A stretch of DNA of 32,000 nt from assembly GCF_001457595.1 (NCBI RefSeq), contig NZ_LN831039.1:2160001-2192000 (forward strand), in the 5' to 3' direction. Positions 9,115 to 18,287 of this stretch are shown one piece after another. The notes below the pieces were generated by a model that did no database searches, had not been told where the DNA came from, and was given only the letters and a program-made list of their open reading frames with translations. The stretch is from Mycolicibacterium smegmatis (lineage in GTDB: Bacteria; Actinomycetota; Actinomycetes; Mycobacteriales; Mycobacteriaceae). Position numbers and translations under genes: made by a program. Each line of letters begins with the position of its first letter. The stretch's first letter is position 1.

Positions 9115-9861
9115 ATGGCGCCCGTGCAGAAAGTCGTGATCATCACCGGCGCAGGCAGCGGGATCGGCCAGGCGACCGCCCAGGTGTTGTTGGATGCGGG
9201 CCATCATGTGGTGCTCGCCGGCCGCAGGGCCGACGCGCTGCGTGGGGTCGCGCAGGGCCGCCCGAACGCGCGGGTGGTGCCGACCGACGTCACCGACCCG
9301 GCGTCGGTGCGCGCGTTGTTCGCCGACGCGGTGGCGACCTTCGGACGTGTCGACGTGCTGTTCAACAACGCGGGAGTGTTCGGACCGTCGGCGTCGGTCG
9401 CAGAGATCGACGACGAGCAGTGGGAGCGCACATGGCGCACCAACGTCGACGGATCCGTGTTCTGTGCCCGTGAGGCCGCGCGTGTCATGTCCGAGCAACT
9501 GCCGCGCGGTGGCCGCATCATCAACAACGGGTCGCTCTCGGCGCACCGACCCCGGCCCAACAGCCTCGCCTACACCGTCACCAAACATGCCATCAGCGGT
9601 CTGACCGCGTCGATGCTGCTGGACCTGCGCAGCGTCGACATCTGTGTGACCCAGATCGACATCGGCAATGCCGCCACCAGCATGACGACGGGCTTCAGCC
9701 ACCAGACCCTGCAAGCCGACGGCTCACTGGCCGCCGAACCGGTCTTCGACGTGGTGCACGTGGCGCGCGCGGTGGCCCATCTGGTGGACCTGCCGTTGGA
9801 GGTCGCGGTGCCGTCCCTGACGGTGATGGCCCGCGAGATGCCGTTCTACGGTCGCGGCTGA
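9115..9861 (+). CDS. Short-chain dehydrogenase/reductase
   Basis: VVIITGAGSGIGQATAQVLLDAGH, DVLFNNAGVFG, INNGSLSA, YTVTKHA. Confidence 0.9.
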   Translation: MAPVQKVVIITGAGSGIGQATAQVLLDAGHHVVLAGRRADALRGVAQGRPNARVVPTDVTDPASVRALFADAVATFGRVDVLFNNAGVFGPSASVAEIDDEQWERTWRTNVDGSVFCAREAARVMSEQLPRGGRIINNGSLSAHRPRPNSLAYTVTKHAISGLTASMLLDLRSVDICVTQIDIGNAATSMTTGFSHQTLQADGSLAAEPVFDVVHVARAVAHLVDLPLEVAVPSLTVMAREMPFYGRG

Positions 9862-11063
9862 GGGACGCGCGTCAACCGCACCGGTAGCGACTTCAGGCCG
9901 TGCATCAGCGTGCCGTTGTGATACCGGAGTTCGGCGGTGGGATCGAGGGGGATGCTGTCGTAGCGCTGAACGATCCGCCCGATCGCGGTGACCCCCTCCA
10001 TGCGCGCCAACGGCGCTCCAAGGCAGTAGTGGATGCCGTGGCCGAATGCGATGTGTCCGCGGGTGTTTCGCTCGATGTCGAAGCGGTCCGCGTTCTCGAA
10101 GCGGCCCGTGTCCCGGTTGGCCGAGAGCAGCGACAGAAAGATCTGTTCGTTCGCCGGGACGACGACGCCGTCGACATCGATGTCCGCCGTGGCATAGCGC
10201 CATGTCGCGATGTTGACCGGACCGTCGAAGCGCAGGATCTCCTCGACGGCGCCTGCCGTCAGATCCGGGTTCTCACGGACCTTTTCGAGTTGTGACGGAT
10301 TGTCGATCAGGGCCAGCGTCCCGTTGCCGATCAGATTGACCGTCGTCTCGTACCCCGCGGTGATCAGCAGGAAGCACATGGCCATCAGTTCGTCGCGGGT
10401 CAAGCCGTGTCCGTCGACCGACGCGCCGATCATGCCCGACAGCAGGTCTTCGCCGGGTTCGCGGATCTTCTCGTCGATCACCGCGTTCAGGATCTCGATT
10501 GTCGCGCGTCCCGATTCCGCCTTCTCCTCGACGGTGACGCTCATCAGAAGCGGCGTGACAGCGGCCCGGAACGGTTGGGCGTATTCGACTGCCACACCGA
10601 GTAATTCGGCGATTACCTGGATCGGCAGCGGTTCGGCGTAATCGGCCATCAGATCGATCGGCTCGTCGCCGCTGCGCAGATCGATGTCGTCGAGCAACTC
10701 GTCGGCGATCGCATCGATGACGGGTTGCATGCGTGCCAAGGCTTTCGGCGTGAACGCCTGGACGACGAGCCGCCGCAGACGCGTGTGCTCCGGCGGGTCG
10801 AGGTTCAACATGTGGTTGTGCAACTGCGGTGAGATGTACGGCCGGACGCGGTCAGGGGCCAACCGGGGGAGTGCGCTGGTGTGATCCTTGCTCACGCGGG
10901 GATCCTTCAGCAACGCCATCACGTCGGCATACCGGGTCACCAGCCATCCGCGCACCCCGCCGATGAGTTCGACCTCGCACACGGGCGCCTCGGATCGCAG
11001 CATCCGGTAGAGCCCCTCCGGATCCTGCGCGAATTGTTCGTCCAGAATCATGTTGTCGATCAA
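9846..11063 (-). CDS. Cytochrome P450 (TTG at 11063, or ATG at 11051 as alternative start)
   Basis: AGYETT I-helix, EEILRF (ExxR region), FGHGIHYCLGAPLARMEG heme-binding loop. Confidence 0.95.
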   Translation of the reverse strand: MIDNMILDEQFAQDPEGLYRMLRSEAPVCEVELIGGVRGWLVTRYADVMALLKDPRVSKDHTSALPRLAPDRVRPYISPQLHNHMLNLDPPEHTRLRRLVVQAFTPKALARMQPVIDAIADELLDDIDLRSGDEPIDLMADYAEPLPIQVIAELLGVAVEYAQPFRAAVTPLLMSVTVEEKAESGRATIEILNAVIDEKIREPGEDLLSGMIGASVDGHGLTRDELMAMCFLLITAGYETTVNLIGNGTLALIDNPSQLEKVRENPDLTAGAVEEILRFDGPVNIATWRYATADIDVDGVVVPANEQIFLSLLSANRDTGRFENADRFDIERNTRGHIAFGHGIHYCLGAPLARMEGVTAIGRIVQRYDSIPLDPTAELRYHNGTLMHGLKSLPVRLTRVPQPRP

Positions 11064-11173
11064 CGCTTCTCCGCACCATCGTGATCCCCCGGGATCGGCC
11101 TGACCTCGTATGTGTAAACGCGTCGGTTGACCGGACCATTCGCAGCAGGTGAGGATGCTGACGTGTGGGTGCC

Positions 11174-11495
11174 GTGTCGTCGCGCTATGTGGTCAACTGC
11201 TCGATCCTGTTGACCGATCTGCCTCTGTTGCAGCGGCCTTGCGCCGCGCGGGCGGCCGGTTTCGAAGCAGTCGAGTTCTGGTGGCCGTTTCCCGACCCGG
11301 TGCCCGGCGACCGCGAGGTCGACGCGTTCGCCGGCGCTGTCACCGACGCCGGAACTCGCTGCTCTGCTCGCGCGACTCGGCGAGCGCGGCTACCCCGGAC
11401 ATGTGAGCCTGGAATACCGCGCCGATCAGAGTGCCGCCAGTTCCGATCCGTTCGCCTGGTTACCTCCGTCACAACGGCTCGACCCGTGGGCCTGA
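11174..11495 (+). pseudogene. hyi: Remnant of hydroxypyruvate isomerase (TIM-barrel sugar isomerase family), internally deleted and frame-broken
   Basis: N-terminal part SSRYVVNCSILLTDLPLLQRPCAARAAGFEAVEFWWPFPDPVPGDREVDAFAGAVTDAG in one frame (to about 11354). C-terminal part LLARLGERGYPGHVSLEYRADQSAASSDPFAWLPPSQRLDPWA* in another frame (about 11364-11495). The central roughly 150 or more residues expected for the family are missing. Confidence 0.8.
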
Positions 11496-11535
11496 GCAGT
11501 ATCGACAGGTGTCAGATGAGGGTCGCCGGACGGCT

Positions 11536-13620
11536 ATGCTCTCTGCGGTCTCGTCGGCGCCGACCCGCAACCGCCCAGGAAATTCATTCGTGCAGATAAC
11601 ACAGAGCCATCCGATCCTCGCGCCCGCTGTCGCGCGGCGAACCCGCGGCGATCTCTGCGGTCTGATCGGCATCGCGATCGCGTGGGTGGTGATCGGCCAG
11701 GTGTGGTTCGGTCAGGTCTGCGGCGGCGTCGACATCCTCTTGGCGCTCGCGGGTTTCGCCGCGGGCCGTCGTCTGCTGCGCACCGGCGGGGTGCGCGCCT
11801 CGGCGCTGTGGCTGATGCGCGGGTGGCTGCCCGCCCTGGTCGCGGTGATCGCTGTGTGCGCGGTGCTGACCGTGCTGATCCAGCCGCAGACCCGGTGGGA
11901 GGACTTCGCCGACCAGACCCTGGCGAGCCTGGGCTTCTATCAGAACTGGCAGATCCTCGGAACCGCCGACGACTACCTGCAGGCCAGTGAGGCGGTGACG
12001 CCGCTGTATCACCTCTGGCTGGTGTCGGCCGCGGGCCAGATCCTGCTCTTCGTCCTGGTGCTCGCCGCGCTGGTCGGCGCGGCGGCCCGTCGCGCGGCCC
12101 CCGAGCGCAGGCGCGCCGTCCTGGTGGCGTCGGTGGCAGTGGCGACGGTCGCGTCGCTGGTCTACGCGATCCTCACGCACACCGACAACCAGGTGCTGAC
12201 CTACTACAGCTCGGTGTCGCGGGCGTGGGAGCTGCTGGCCGGGGTGCTGGCCGCGGCATATGTCGCCCGGGTGCACTGGTCGCGGTGGGTGCGCTCGCTG
12301 GCCGTGGTCATCGGCGTGGCGACGATTGTCGCGTCGAGCCTGCTGCTCGACGGCATGCAGCAGTTTCCCGGCCCGTGGGCGCTGGTCCCGGTGGGTGCGA
12401 CCGTGCTGATCATCCTCGCCGCAGCAAACGGAGCGACGTGCGCGAGCGGCGTTCTGAGCAGCACGCCGATGACCGCCTTGGGCGCGATGGCCTACCCGTT
12501 GTACCTGTGGCACTGGCCGCTGCTGATCTTCTGGTTCGCCTACAGCAACAACGACACGGCCGGTCTGACCGCCGGAACGGTCGTGGTGCTCGCCTCGGTC
12601 GCCCTGGCGTGGGTGACATGGCGCGGCACCGAGCAGCGCTGGGGCCGACCGGCGTCACACACCGGGTTGGCCGTTGCCATGATCGTGCTGATGGTGGTCG
12701 CGCTGACCGTCACGTCGTTCGCGTGGCGGGGCCACGTCGCCGGGGTGCGTGAGAACGGCGCCGATCTCAACGCCCTGCCGCTGCGCGACTATCCCGGCGC
12801 GCTGGCACTCACCGAGAACCGCAAGGTCTCGAAGCTGCCGATGCGCCCCACGGCACTGGAGGCCTCCGACGACGTGCCGCCGTCGACGTTGGACCAGTGC
12901 GTCACCAACTTCCCTGACACCGACGTCACCGTATGCGTCTACGGAGACCCCAAGGCCGAGCGCACCATCGCGGTGGCCGGCGGGTCACACTCCGAGCACT
13001 GGCTGACCGCTCTGCACGCGCTCGGCCGCCAGCACGGTTTCCGCGTCACCACCTATCTCAAGATGGGCTGCCCGCTGACCACCAAAGAGGTGCCGCTGAT
13101 CGCCGGGCCGTTCGAGCCGTACCCCGCGTGCCGGACATGGGCGGACGAGGCGCTGCAGCGCATCATCGCCGACCGGCCCGACTACGTCTTCTTCACCACC
13201 ACGCGCCCGATCCTCAACGGTCCGGGCGACTACGTCCCCGACTACTACCTGGGCATCTGGGATGAGCTGTCTGCCAACGGTATCCGCATGCTCGGCATCC
13301 GTGACACGCCGTGGATGATCCGCGACGGGCGCTTCTTCGCGCCCGTCGACTGCCTGTCCGACGGCGGGGATCCCGACACGTGCGGCATGCCCCGTCACGA
13401 GGCCCTCGCGCAGCGCAACCCCACCCTGGACCACCTGGCCGACTACCCGCTGATGAGCGTGCTCGATCTCAGCGATGCGGTGTGCAGGCCCGACCGCTGC
13501 CGCGCGGTGGAGGGCAACGTGCTGGTCTACCACGACATCCACCACCTGTCCGCGACCTACGTGCGGACCCTCGCCGACGAACTCGGGCGGCAACTCTCCG
13601 ACGCCACCGGCTGGTGGTGA
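11536..13620 (+). CDS. Acyltransferase-3 (OafA-like) membrane protein with C-terminal SGNH-like domain; start uncertain (11536 or GTG 11590)
   Basis: Many TM helices, AYPLYLWHWPLLIFWF motif, then SGNH-like ERTIAVAGGSHSEHWLTALHALGRQHGFRVTTYLKMGCPL and terminal YHDIHHLSATYVRTLADEL. Confidence 0.88.
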   Translation: MLSAVSSAPTRNRPGNSFVQITQSHPILAPAVARRTRGDLCGLIGIAIAWVVIGQVWFGQVCGGVDILLALAGFAAGRRLLRTGGVRASALWLMRGWLPALVAVIAVCAVLTVLIQPQTRWEDFADQTLASLGFYQNWQILGTADDYLQASEAVTPLYHLWLVSAAGQILLFVLVLAALVGAAARRAAPERRRAVLVASVAVATVASLVYAILTHTDNQVLTYYSSVSRAWELLAGVLAAAYVARVHWSRWVRSLAVVIGVATIVASSLLLDGMQQFPGPWALVPVGATVLIILAAANGATCASGVLSSTPMTALGAMAYPLYLWHWPLLIFWFAYSNNDTAGLTAGTVVVLASVALAWVTWRGTEQRWGRPASHTGLAVAMIVLMVVALTVTSFAWRGHVAGVRENGADLNALPLRDYPGALALTENRKVSKLPMRPTALEASDDVPPSTLDQCVTNFPDTDVTVCVYGDPKAERTIAVAGGSHSEHWLTALHALGRQHGFRVTTYLKMGCPLTTKEVPLIAGPFEPYPACRTWADEALQRIIADRPDYVFFTTTRPILNGPGDYVPDYYLGIWDELSANGIRMLGIRDTPWMIRDGRFFAPVDCLSDGGDPDTCGMPRHEALAQRNPTLDHLADYPLMSVLDLSDAVCRPDRCRAVEGNVLVYHDIHHLSATYVRTLADELGRQLSDATGWW

Positions 13621-13630
13621 CCTCACTTCA

Positions 13631-13661
13631 CTGAGCGATCTGCGCACCCGCGCGCGCTCAG
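13631..13661 (+). terminator. Possible terminator hairpin after the acyltransferase gene
   Basis: CTGAGCG (13631-13637) ... CGCTCAG (13655-13661), 7-bp arms just downstream of the stop. No T-tract. Confidence 0.3.
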
Positions 13662-13723
13662 CGTGACAAACCGTGTGCAAAACGCGTGGTCATCGCGTTG
13701 CGTGGGTTTGCTCTGCCCAGGTC

Positions 13724-13753
13724 TTGTTTACATCGTGGGTTAGTGCTCATAAT
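13724..13753 (+). promoter_or_regulatory. Candidate promoter of the GntP-CoA transferase-lyase operon
   Basis: TTGTTT (13724-13729), 18-nt spacer, CATAAT (13748-13753), about 70 nt upstream of the permease ATG. Confidence 0.35.
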
Positions 13754-13821
13754 GTGGGTGTAGTCGTGACCCGTGCCACAGCAGCGTGGGTTCGCTCAAC
13801 CGCCCTCTAGGAGTTCCGCTC

Positions 13822-15276
13822 ATGTCAGAAACCGCAATAGTGATCAACACTGCGGTCGCAATCCTCGCGGTGGTCGTGATGATCGTGAGGTTCAAGTTCA
13901 ACCCCGTGGTCTCGCTCGTGGTGGGGTCCGCATATCTCGGCCTGGCCGTCGGGCTGGGGGTCGAGAAGACCATCGAGGCCATCACCACGGGTTTCGGCGA
14001 CATCATGGCCGAAGTCGGACTGCTGATCGCGTTCGGCGTGCTGATGGGTGCGATCCTGCAGCAGACCGGCGCGATCCAACGTCTGGTCGAGACACTGCTG
14101 CGATGGTTCGGCGCCAAGCGGATGCCGTACGCGATGTCGTTGACCATCGCGACCGCGCTGCAGTCGATCTTTCTCGATGTGCTGCTGGTCATCTCGGCGC
14201 CGCTGGCACGCAACCTCGCCAAGCGGATCGGCAAGAACGGCACGCCGCGCATGGCCGCGGCCATGGCGATCGGCCTGGAGTGCGGCATCGTGCTGACCGT
14301 GCCCGGTGTGGGCGCGCTCGCGCTCGCCGGCCTGCTGGGTGTTCCGCTCGGCAAGATGCTGCTGTTCGGTCTGTGCCTGGTGATCCCGACCGTCGCGATC
14401 GCGGTGGCCATCATGTCGTTCCTGTTCAATCACGGCTGGTGGGATCCCGCCCGCGACGAGCAGCCGTTCCTGGGTGACGAACCGACCCTCGGGTCGGACG
14501 GTTCGGAGGGCCCGCATGATTCCGCGACCGACGCGACCGACGCGACCGAGTCCGACGGTTCGGCTCCCGCGGCGCCGGCATCCTCGGGCGCCACCGCGAC
14601 GACCGTGAAAGCCAAGCGCGACACCGCAACCCAGGCCCCGCTTCTGCTGTTGTTCGGCCCGATGCTGGCATCGCTGGTGCTGATCGCCGCCGGGGCGATC
14701 CTCGACGCGGCCGAAATCGAGATCCCCGCGGTCAAGTTCATCTCGTCACCGGTGATCGCACTGCTGATCGGCCTCATCGGCACGAGCTTCGTCGGGCGCC
14801 GTGTCCAGGGCGGCAAGGCCGTCGAAGCCGCCATCGCCACGGGTTTCAAGGAGAGCGGGCAGATCCTGATCCTCACCGGTGTCGGCGGTTCACTCGCCGC
14901 CACGATCAAGGCCGCGGGCCTCGGCGACATTCTCGGTGAGTACTTCACCGCCAGCACCGCCGCACCACTGCTCGTGGTGTGGGTGATCGCCGCGGCCTTG
15001 CACGTGGCCGTCGGATCGGTCACCATCTCGGCGATCACCTCGGCGGGCATCCTGGCGCCCGTCGCACCGATCATCGGGTTGGACCCGGTCCTGATCGCAC
15101 TGGCCGCCGGCGCCGGTTCGCTGTTCGCCGTCCACGTCACGAGCAACACCTTCTGGCTGCTGCAGTCCCTGATGGGGCAGTCCACCCGAGGTGCGCTCAA
15201 GACCGTCACGGTGGGCGTGTCGGTGGCCTCGGTGGTCGCGATCCTGCTGCTGCTGCCTGCAAGCCTGCTGTTCTGA
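13822..15276 (+). CDS. GntP family permease (gluconate/organic acid:H+ symporter type)
   Basis: MSETAIVINTAVAILAVVVMIVRFKFNPVVSLVVGSAYLGLAVG...GIVLTVPGVGALALAGLLGVPLG...ITSAGILAPVAPIIGLDPVLIALAAGAGSLFAVHVTSNTFWLLQSLMG. RBS-like aggag upstream. Confidence 0.9.
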   Translation: MSETAIVINTAVAILAVVVMIVRFKFNPVVSLVVGSAYLGLAVGLGVEKTIEAITTGFGDIMAEVGLLIAFGVLMGAILQQTGAIQRLVETLLRWFGAKRMPYAMSLTIATALQSIFLDVLLVISAPLARNLAKRIGKNGTPRMAAAMAIGLECGIVLTVPGVGALALAGLLGVPLGKMLLFGLCLVIPTVAIAVAIMSFLFNHGWWDPARDEQPFLGDEPTLGSDGSEGPHDSATDATDATESDGSAPAAPASSGATATTVKAKRDTATQAPLLLLFGPMLASLVLIAAGAILDAAEIEIPAVKFISSPVIALLIGLIGTSFVGRRVQGGKAVEAAIATGFKESGQILILTGVGGSLAATIKAAGLGDILGEYFTASTAAPLLVVWVIAAALHVAVGSVTISAITSAGILAPVAPIIGLDPVLIALAAGAGSLFAVHVTSNTFWLLQSLMGQSTRGALKTVTVGVSVASVVAILLLLPASLLF

Positions 15277-15290
15277 TCTACGAGAAAGCC

Positions 15291-16529
15291 ATGACTGACA
15301 ACGCTATTCGCGACACCCCTGACATCCGTCCACTGGCCGGCGTGCGTGTGCTCGAACTCGGCAACTACATCGCCGCCCCGACCGCGGGCCGTATGCTCGC
15401 CGACTTCGGCGCCGAGGTGATCAAGGTCGAACGCCCGGGCACCGGTGACGAACTGCGCAACTGGCGCCTCTACGCAGGCAGCACCTCGATGCTGTACCGC
15501 ACGATCAACCGCAACAAGAAGTCGATCGTGCTCGACCTGAAATCCGAAGCGGGACGGGCGGTTGTGCTCGATCTGCTGCGGCATTGCGATGTGCTGCTGG
15601 AGAACTTCCGGCCCGGCACCCTCGAGAAGTGGGGGCTTGGGCCCGAACGTCTCGACGAGGTGAACCCGGACCTGGTGATCACGCGCATCTCCGCCTTCGG
15701 CCAGACCGGTCCGATGTCGGAGCGTCCCGGCTTCGCCGCGGTCGCCGAGGCGTACGGCGGGTTGCGGGAACTGGTCGGTGACCCCGACCGTCCGCCCGTG
15801 CGCACCGGGGTGTCCATCGGCGATTCGATCGCGGGCATCCACGCGGCCTTCGGCACCGTGATGGCGCTGTTCCAGCGTGAACGTGCCAAAGCGCCCACCG
15901 AAATTCCTCTGCCGCAACGGATCATCGACGTCGCGCTCAACGAGTCGATCCTGTCGGTGATGGAATCGCTGATCCCCGACTACCTCGCCTACGGTGTCCA
16001 GCGCCAACGCGTGGGCGGCCGCATGGAAGGGATCGCCCCGAGCAATGCCTACCCGTGCGCCGACGGCACCAGCATCATCGTCGCGGGCAACGGCGACGCG
16101 ATCTACCAGCGGTACATGCGCACCATCGGGCGTCCCGACCTGGCAACCGATCCCGACCTGCAGACCAACGTCGGGCGCTGGGCGCGCCGTGACGAGCTCG
16201 ACGAGGCGATCTCGGCGTGGACCATCCGGCACACCCGTGACGAGGCGCTCAAGCTGCTCGACGAGGCAGGCGTGCCGTCCGGCCCCATCTACACCGCGGC
16301 CGACATCTGCGACGACCAGCAGTACGAGGCGCGGAACATGATCCAGCACTTCGCCGTCGACACGGGCGGCGCCGAACCGCAGCCCGTCGGTTTTCCCGGC
16401 ATCGTCCCGGTCATCGGCGGGGCGTCGCTGCCGATCCGGAACGTGGGCCCCGATCTGGGGGAGCACACGCACGAGGTGCTCTCCGGCATCCTCGGACTCA
16501 CCGACGCCGAAATCGAGGCACTTTCATGA
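15291..16529 (+). CDS. CaiB/BaiF family CoA-transferase (type III)
   Basis: PLAGVRVLELGNYIAAPTAGRMLADFGAEVIKVERPGTGDELRNWR...INRNKKSIVLDLKSEAGRAVVLDLLRHCDVLLENFRPGTLEKWGLGPERL. Confidence 0.95.
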   Translation: MTDNAIRDTPDIRPLAGVRVLELGNYIAAPTAGRMLADFGAEVIKVERPGTGDELRNWRLYAGSTSMLYRTINRNKKSIVLDLKSEAGRAVVLDLLRHCDVLLENFRPGTLEKWGLGPERLDEVNPDLVITRISAFGQTGPMSERPGFAAVAEAYGGLRELVGDPDRPPVRTGVSIGDSIAGIHAAFGTVMALFQRERAKAPTEIPLPQRIIDVALNESILSVMESLIPDYLAYGVQRQRVGGRMEGIAPSNAYPCADGTSIIVAGNGDAIYQRYMRTIGRPDLATDPDLQTNVGRWARRDELDEAISAWTIRHTRDEALKLLDEAGVPSGPIYTAADICDDQQYEARNMIQHFAVDTGGAEPQPVGFPGIVPVIGGASLPIRNVGPDLGEHTHEVLSGILGLTDAEIEALS

Positions 16530-17470
16530 CTGTTCGTGAACCCAGCCCCTACACCCCGCGCGCGGAGTTGCGCGATGTCACCCTTCGTGACGGGCTGCAG
16601 CTGACCGCAAAGACCCTGCCGACCGAACTCAAGATCGAGGTCGTGCGCGAACTGTTGCGCCTCGGTGTGCCCGCGTTGGAGATCGGGTCGATGGCGCGGG
16701 CCGATCTGGTGCCCACCCTCGCCGACACGCTCGACGTCGTGGCCGCCCTCACGCCCGAGGAACTCGACCGGTGCTGGATCTGGGTGGCCACCCCGCGCCA
16801 CGTCGAGAAGGCAGCCGCGGCAGGCGCACGCAAGTTTCAGTACTGCCTGTCGGCGTCGGACGCGCACAACAAGGCCAACATCGGGCGTGACACCGAGACC
16901 AGCGTCGCGGCCATGCCCGACGCGATCCGCATCGCCCACGAGGCGGGCGGTGAGATCCAACTGTGCATCGCCACGGCGTTCACGTGCCCGTTCGACGGGC
17001 TCGTGGACCCGCAGCGGGTGTGGGGGATCGCGGCCGATCCGCGCACCTCCGGCGCCGTCGACATCGTCGTGTGCGACACGATCGGCCAGGCGATCCCCAC
17101 CCAGGTCAGTGCGCTCATCCACGGGTTGCACCCGGTGAACCCCGAGCGGCGCATCGTGTTTCACGGTCACGACACGTGGGGCCTCGGGGTGGCCAACACC
17201 CTCGCGGCCATCGACGCGGGCGCCACGATGGTCGACGGCTCACTCGGCGGTCTCGGCGGGTGCCCGTTCGCGCCCGGTGCGAGCGGCAACACCTCCAGCG
17301 AGGATCTGCTGTTCGCGTTGCGCCCGGACTGGCTCACCCCGTCGGCATTCGAATCGCTCGTGCTGCTCTCGGAGAAGGTCCTCGCCGAGTTGGGGGAGCC
17401 CAACCGGTCCAAGGCCGCGCAGGGCGCGAGGTCCAAGGCGCGTGCGTTCGGCTGGGTCATCGATGCCTGA
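16526..17470 (+). CDS. Hydroxymethylglutaryl-CoA lyase-like (DRE-TIM metallolyase family) protein
   Basis: ATGA overlap with the upstream gene. LRDVTLRDGLQLTAKTLPTELKIEVVRELLRLGVPALEIGS, FHGHDTWGLGVANTLAAIDAGATMVDGSLGGLGGCPFAPGASGNTSSEDLLF. Confidence 0.93.
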   Translation: MTVREPSPYTPRAELRDVTLRDGLQLTAKTLPTELKIEVVRELLRLGVPALEIGSMARADLVPTLADTLDVVAALTPEELDRCWIWVATPRHVEKAAAAGARKFQYCLSASDAHNKANIGRDTETSVAAMPDAIRIAHEAGGEIQLCIATAFTCPFDGLVDPQRVWGIAADPRTSGAVDIVVCDTIGQAIPTQVSALIHGLHPVNPERRIVFHGHDTWGLGVANTLAAIDAGATMVDGSLGGLGGCPFAPGASGNTSSEDLLFALRPDWLTPSAFESLVLLSEKVLAELGEPNRSKAAQGARSKARAFGWVIDA

Positions 17471-17486
17471 ACGGTAGATTTGCGCC

Positions 17487-18269
17487 ATGGCAAAGGGAGA
17501 CGGGGACTCCGGCAAGCAGCAGACGCTTCTGGTGCTGACGAAGATCGTCGAGATCCTCAACGCGTTCACCCTGACACGCCCGGCGATGACCCTCGGCGAG
17601 ATCCAGCAGGCCACCGGTCTGCCGACCTCGACGGTGCAGCGACTGGTCAGCAACATGGTGGCCCAGGGCATGCTGGACCGCGTCGGCGAACAGATCCGCA
17701 TCGGCATCCGCATGTCCTACTGGGCGGCCACCGCGCGCAAAGACCTCGACGTGCTCACGATCGTCACCCCGGTGCTCAAGGAGATCCGCGACAAGATCGG
17801 TGAGACGGCATGCTTTTTCACCGTCGAACAGAACTTCCGGGTGTGCGTCGCGGTCGCGGAGACCCACCACGCGTTGCGTAGGCACATGTACGTCGGCAAA
17901 GTCATTCCGCTGCATGTGGGTTCGGCGTCGCGGGTGTTGCTGGCGTGGAATCCCGAGCTGGCAGAACGCATTCTCAGCGCACCGCTGGAACCCCTGACCG
18001 AGGGCACCGTCACCAGTGCCGAAGATCTCGCCGCGCTGATCGCCAAGGCGAGGGCCGACGGCTACGCCATCACCACCGGTGAGCGCGAGGATTCGGCGTC
18101 GGGACTGTCCGCGCCCGTATTCGATTCTGCCGGTGACGTTCTGGGCGCACTCACCATCAGCGGCCCCACGGTTCGCATGCCGCTGGAGAAGTGCGAGGAG
18201 TGGGTGGACCTCGTCGTGGGCTATGCCGAACAGATCACGCGGAGTCTGGGCGGCCGCCCACCCGCGTGA
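17487..18269 (+). CDS. IclR family transcriptional regulator
   Basis: LLVLTKIVEILNAFTLTRPAMTLGEIQQATGLPTSTVQRLVSNMVAQGMLDRVGEQIRIGIRM, IclR HTH plus an effector-binding domain. Confidence 0.94.
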   Translation: MAKGDGDSGKQQTLLVLTKIVEILNAFTLTRPAMTLGEIQQATGLPTSTVQRLVSNMVAQGMLDRVGEQIRIGIRMSYWAATARKDLDVLTIVTPVLKEIRDKIGETACFFTVEQNFRVCVAVAETHHALRRHMYVGKVIPLHVGSASRVLLAWNPELAERILSAPLEPLTEGTVTSAEDLAALIAKARADGYAITTGEREDSASGLSAPVFDSAGDVLGALTISGPTVRMPLEKCEEWVDLVVGYAEQITRSLGGRPPA

Positions 18270-18287
18270 ACTCGCTAGGGTGAAGTC

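Noticed and set aside
11165-11599. 144-aa ORF as an intact gene
   Set aside because: Only its first roughly 60 residues resemble a protein family. The rest is an Arg/Cys-rich out-of-frame reading of the Hyi C-terminus, so it was called a pseudogene instead.
11584-12513. 309-aa minus-strand ORF opposite the acyltransferase
   Set aside because: Arg/Gln/His-rich antisense artefact. The plus frame has coherent transmembrane helices and SGNH motifs.
14430-16472. 680-aa minus-strand ORF antisense to the permease/CoA-transferase genes
   Set aside because: Composition is Arg/Asp/His-rich and low complexity with no domain logic. The plus strand encodes clear GntP and CaiB proteins. Typical spurious antisense ORF in high-GC DNA.
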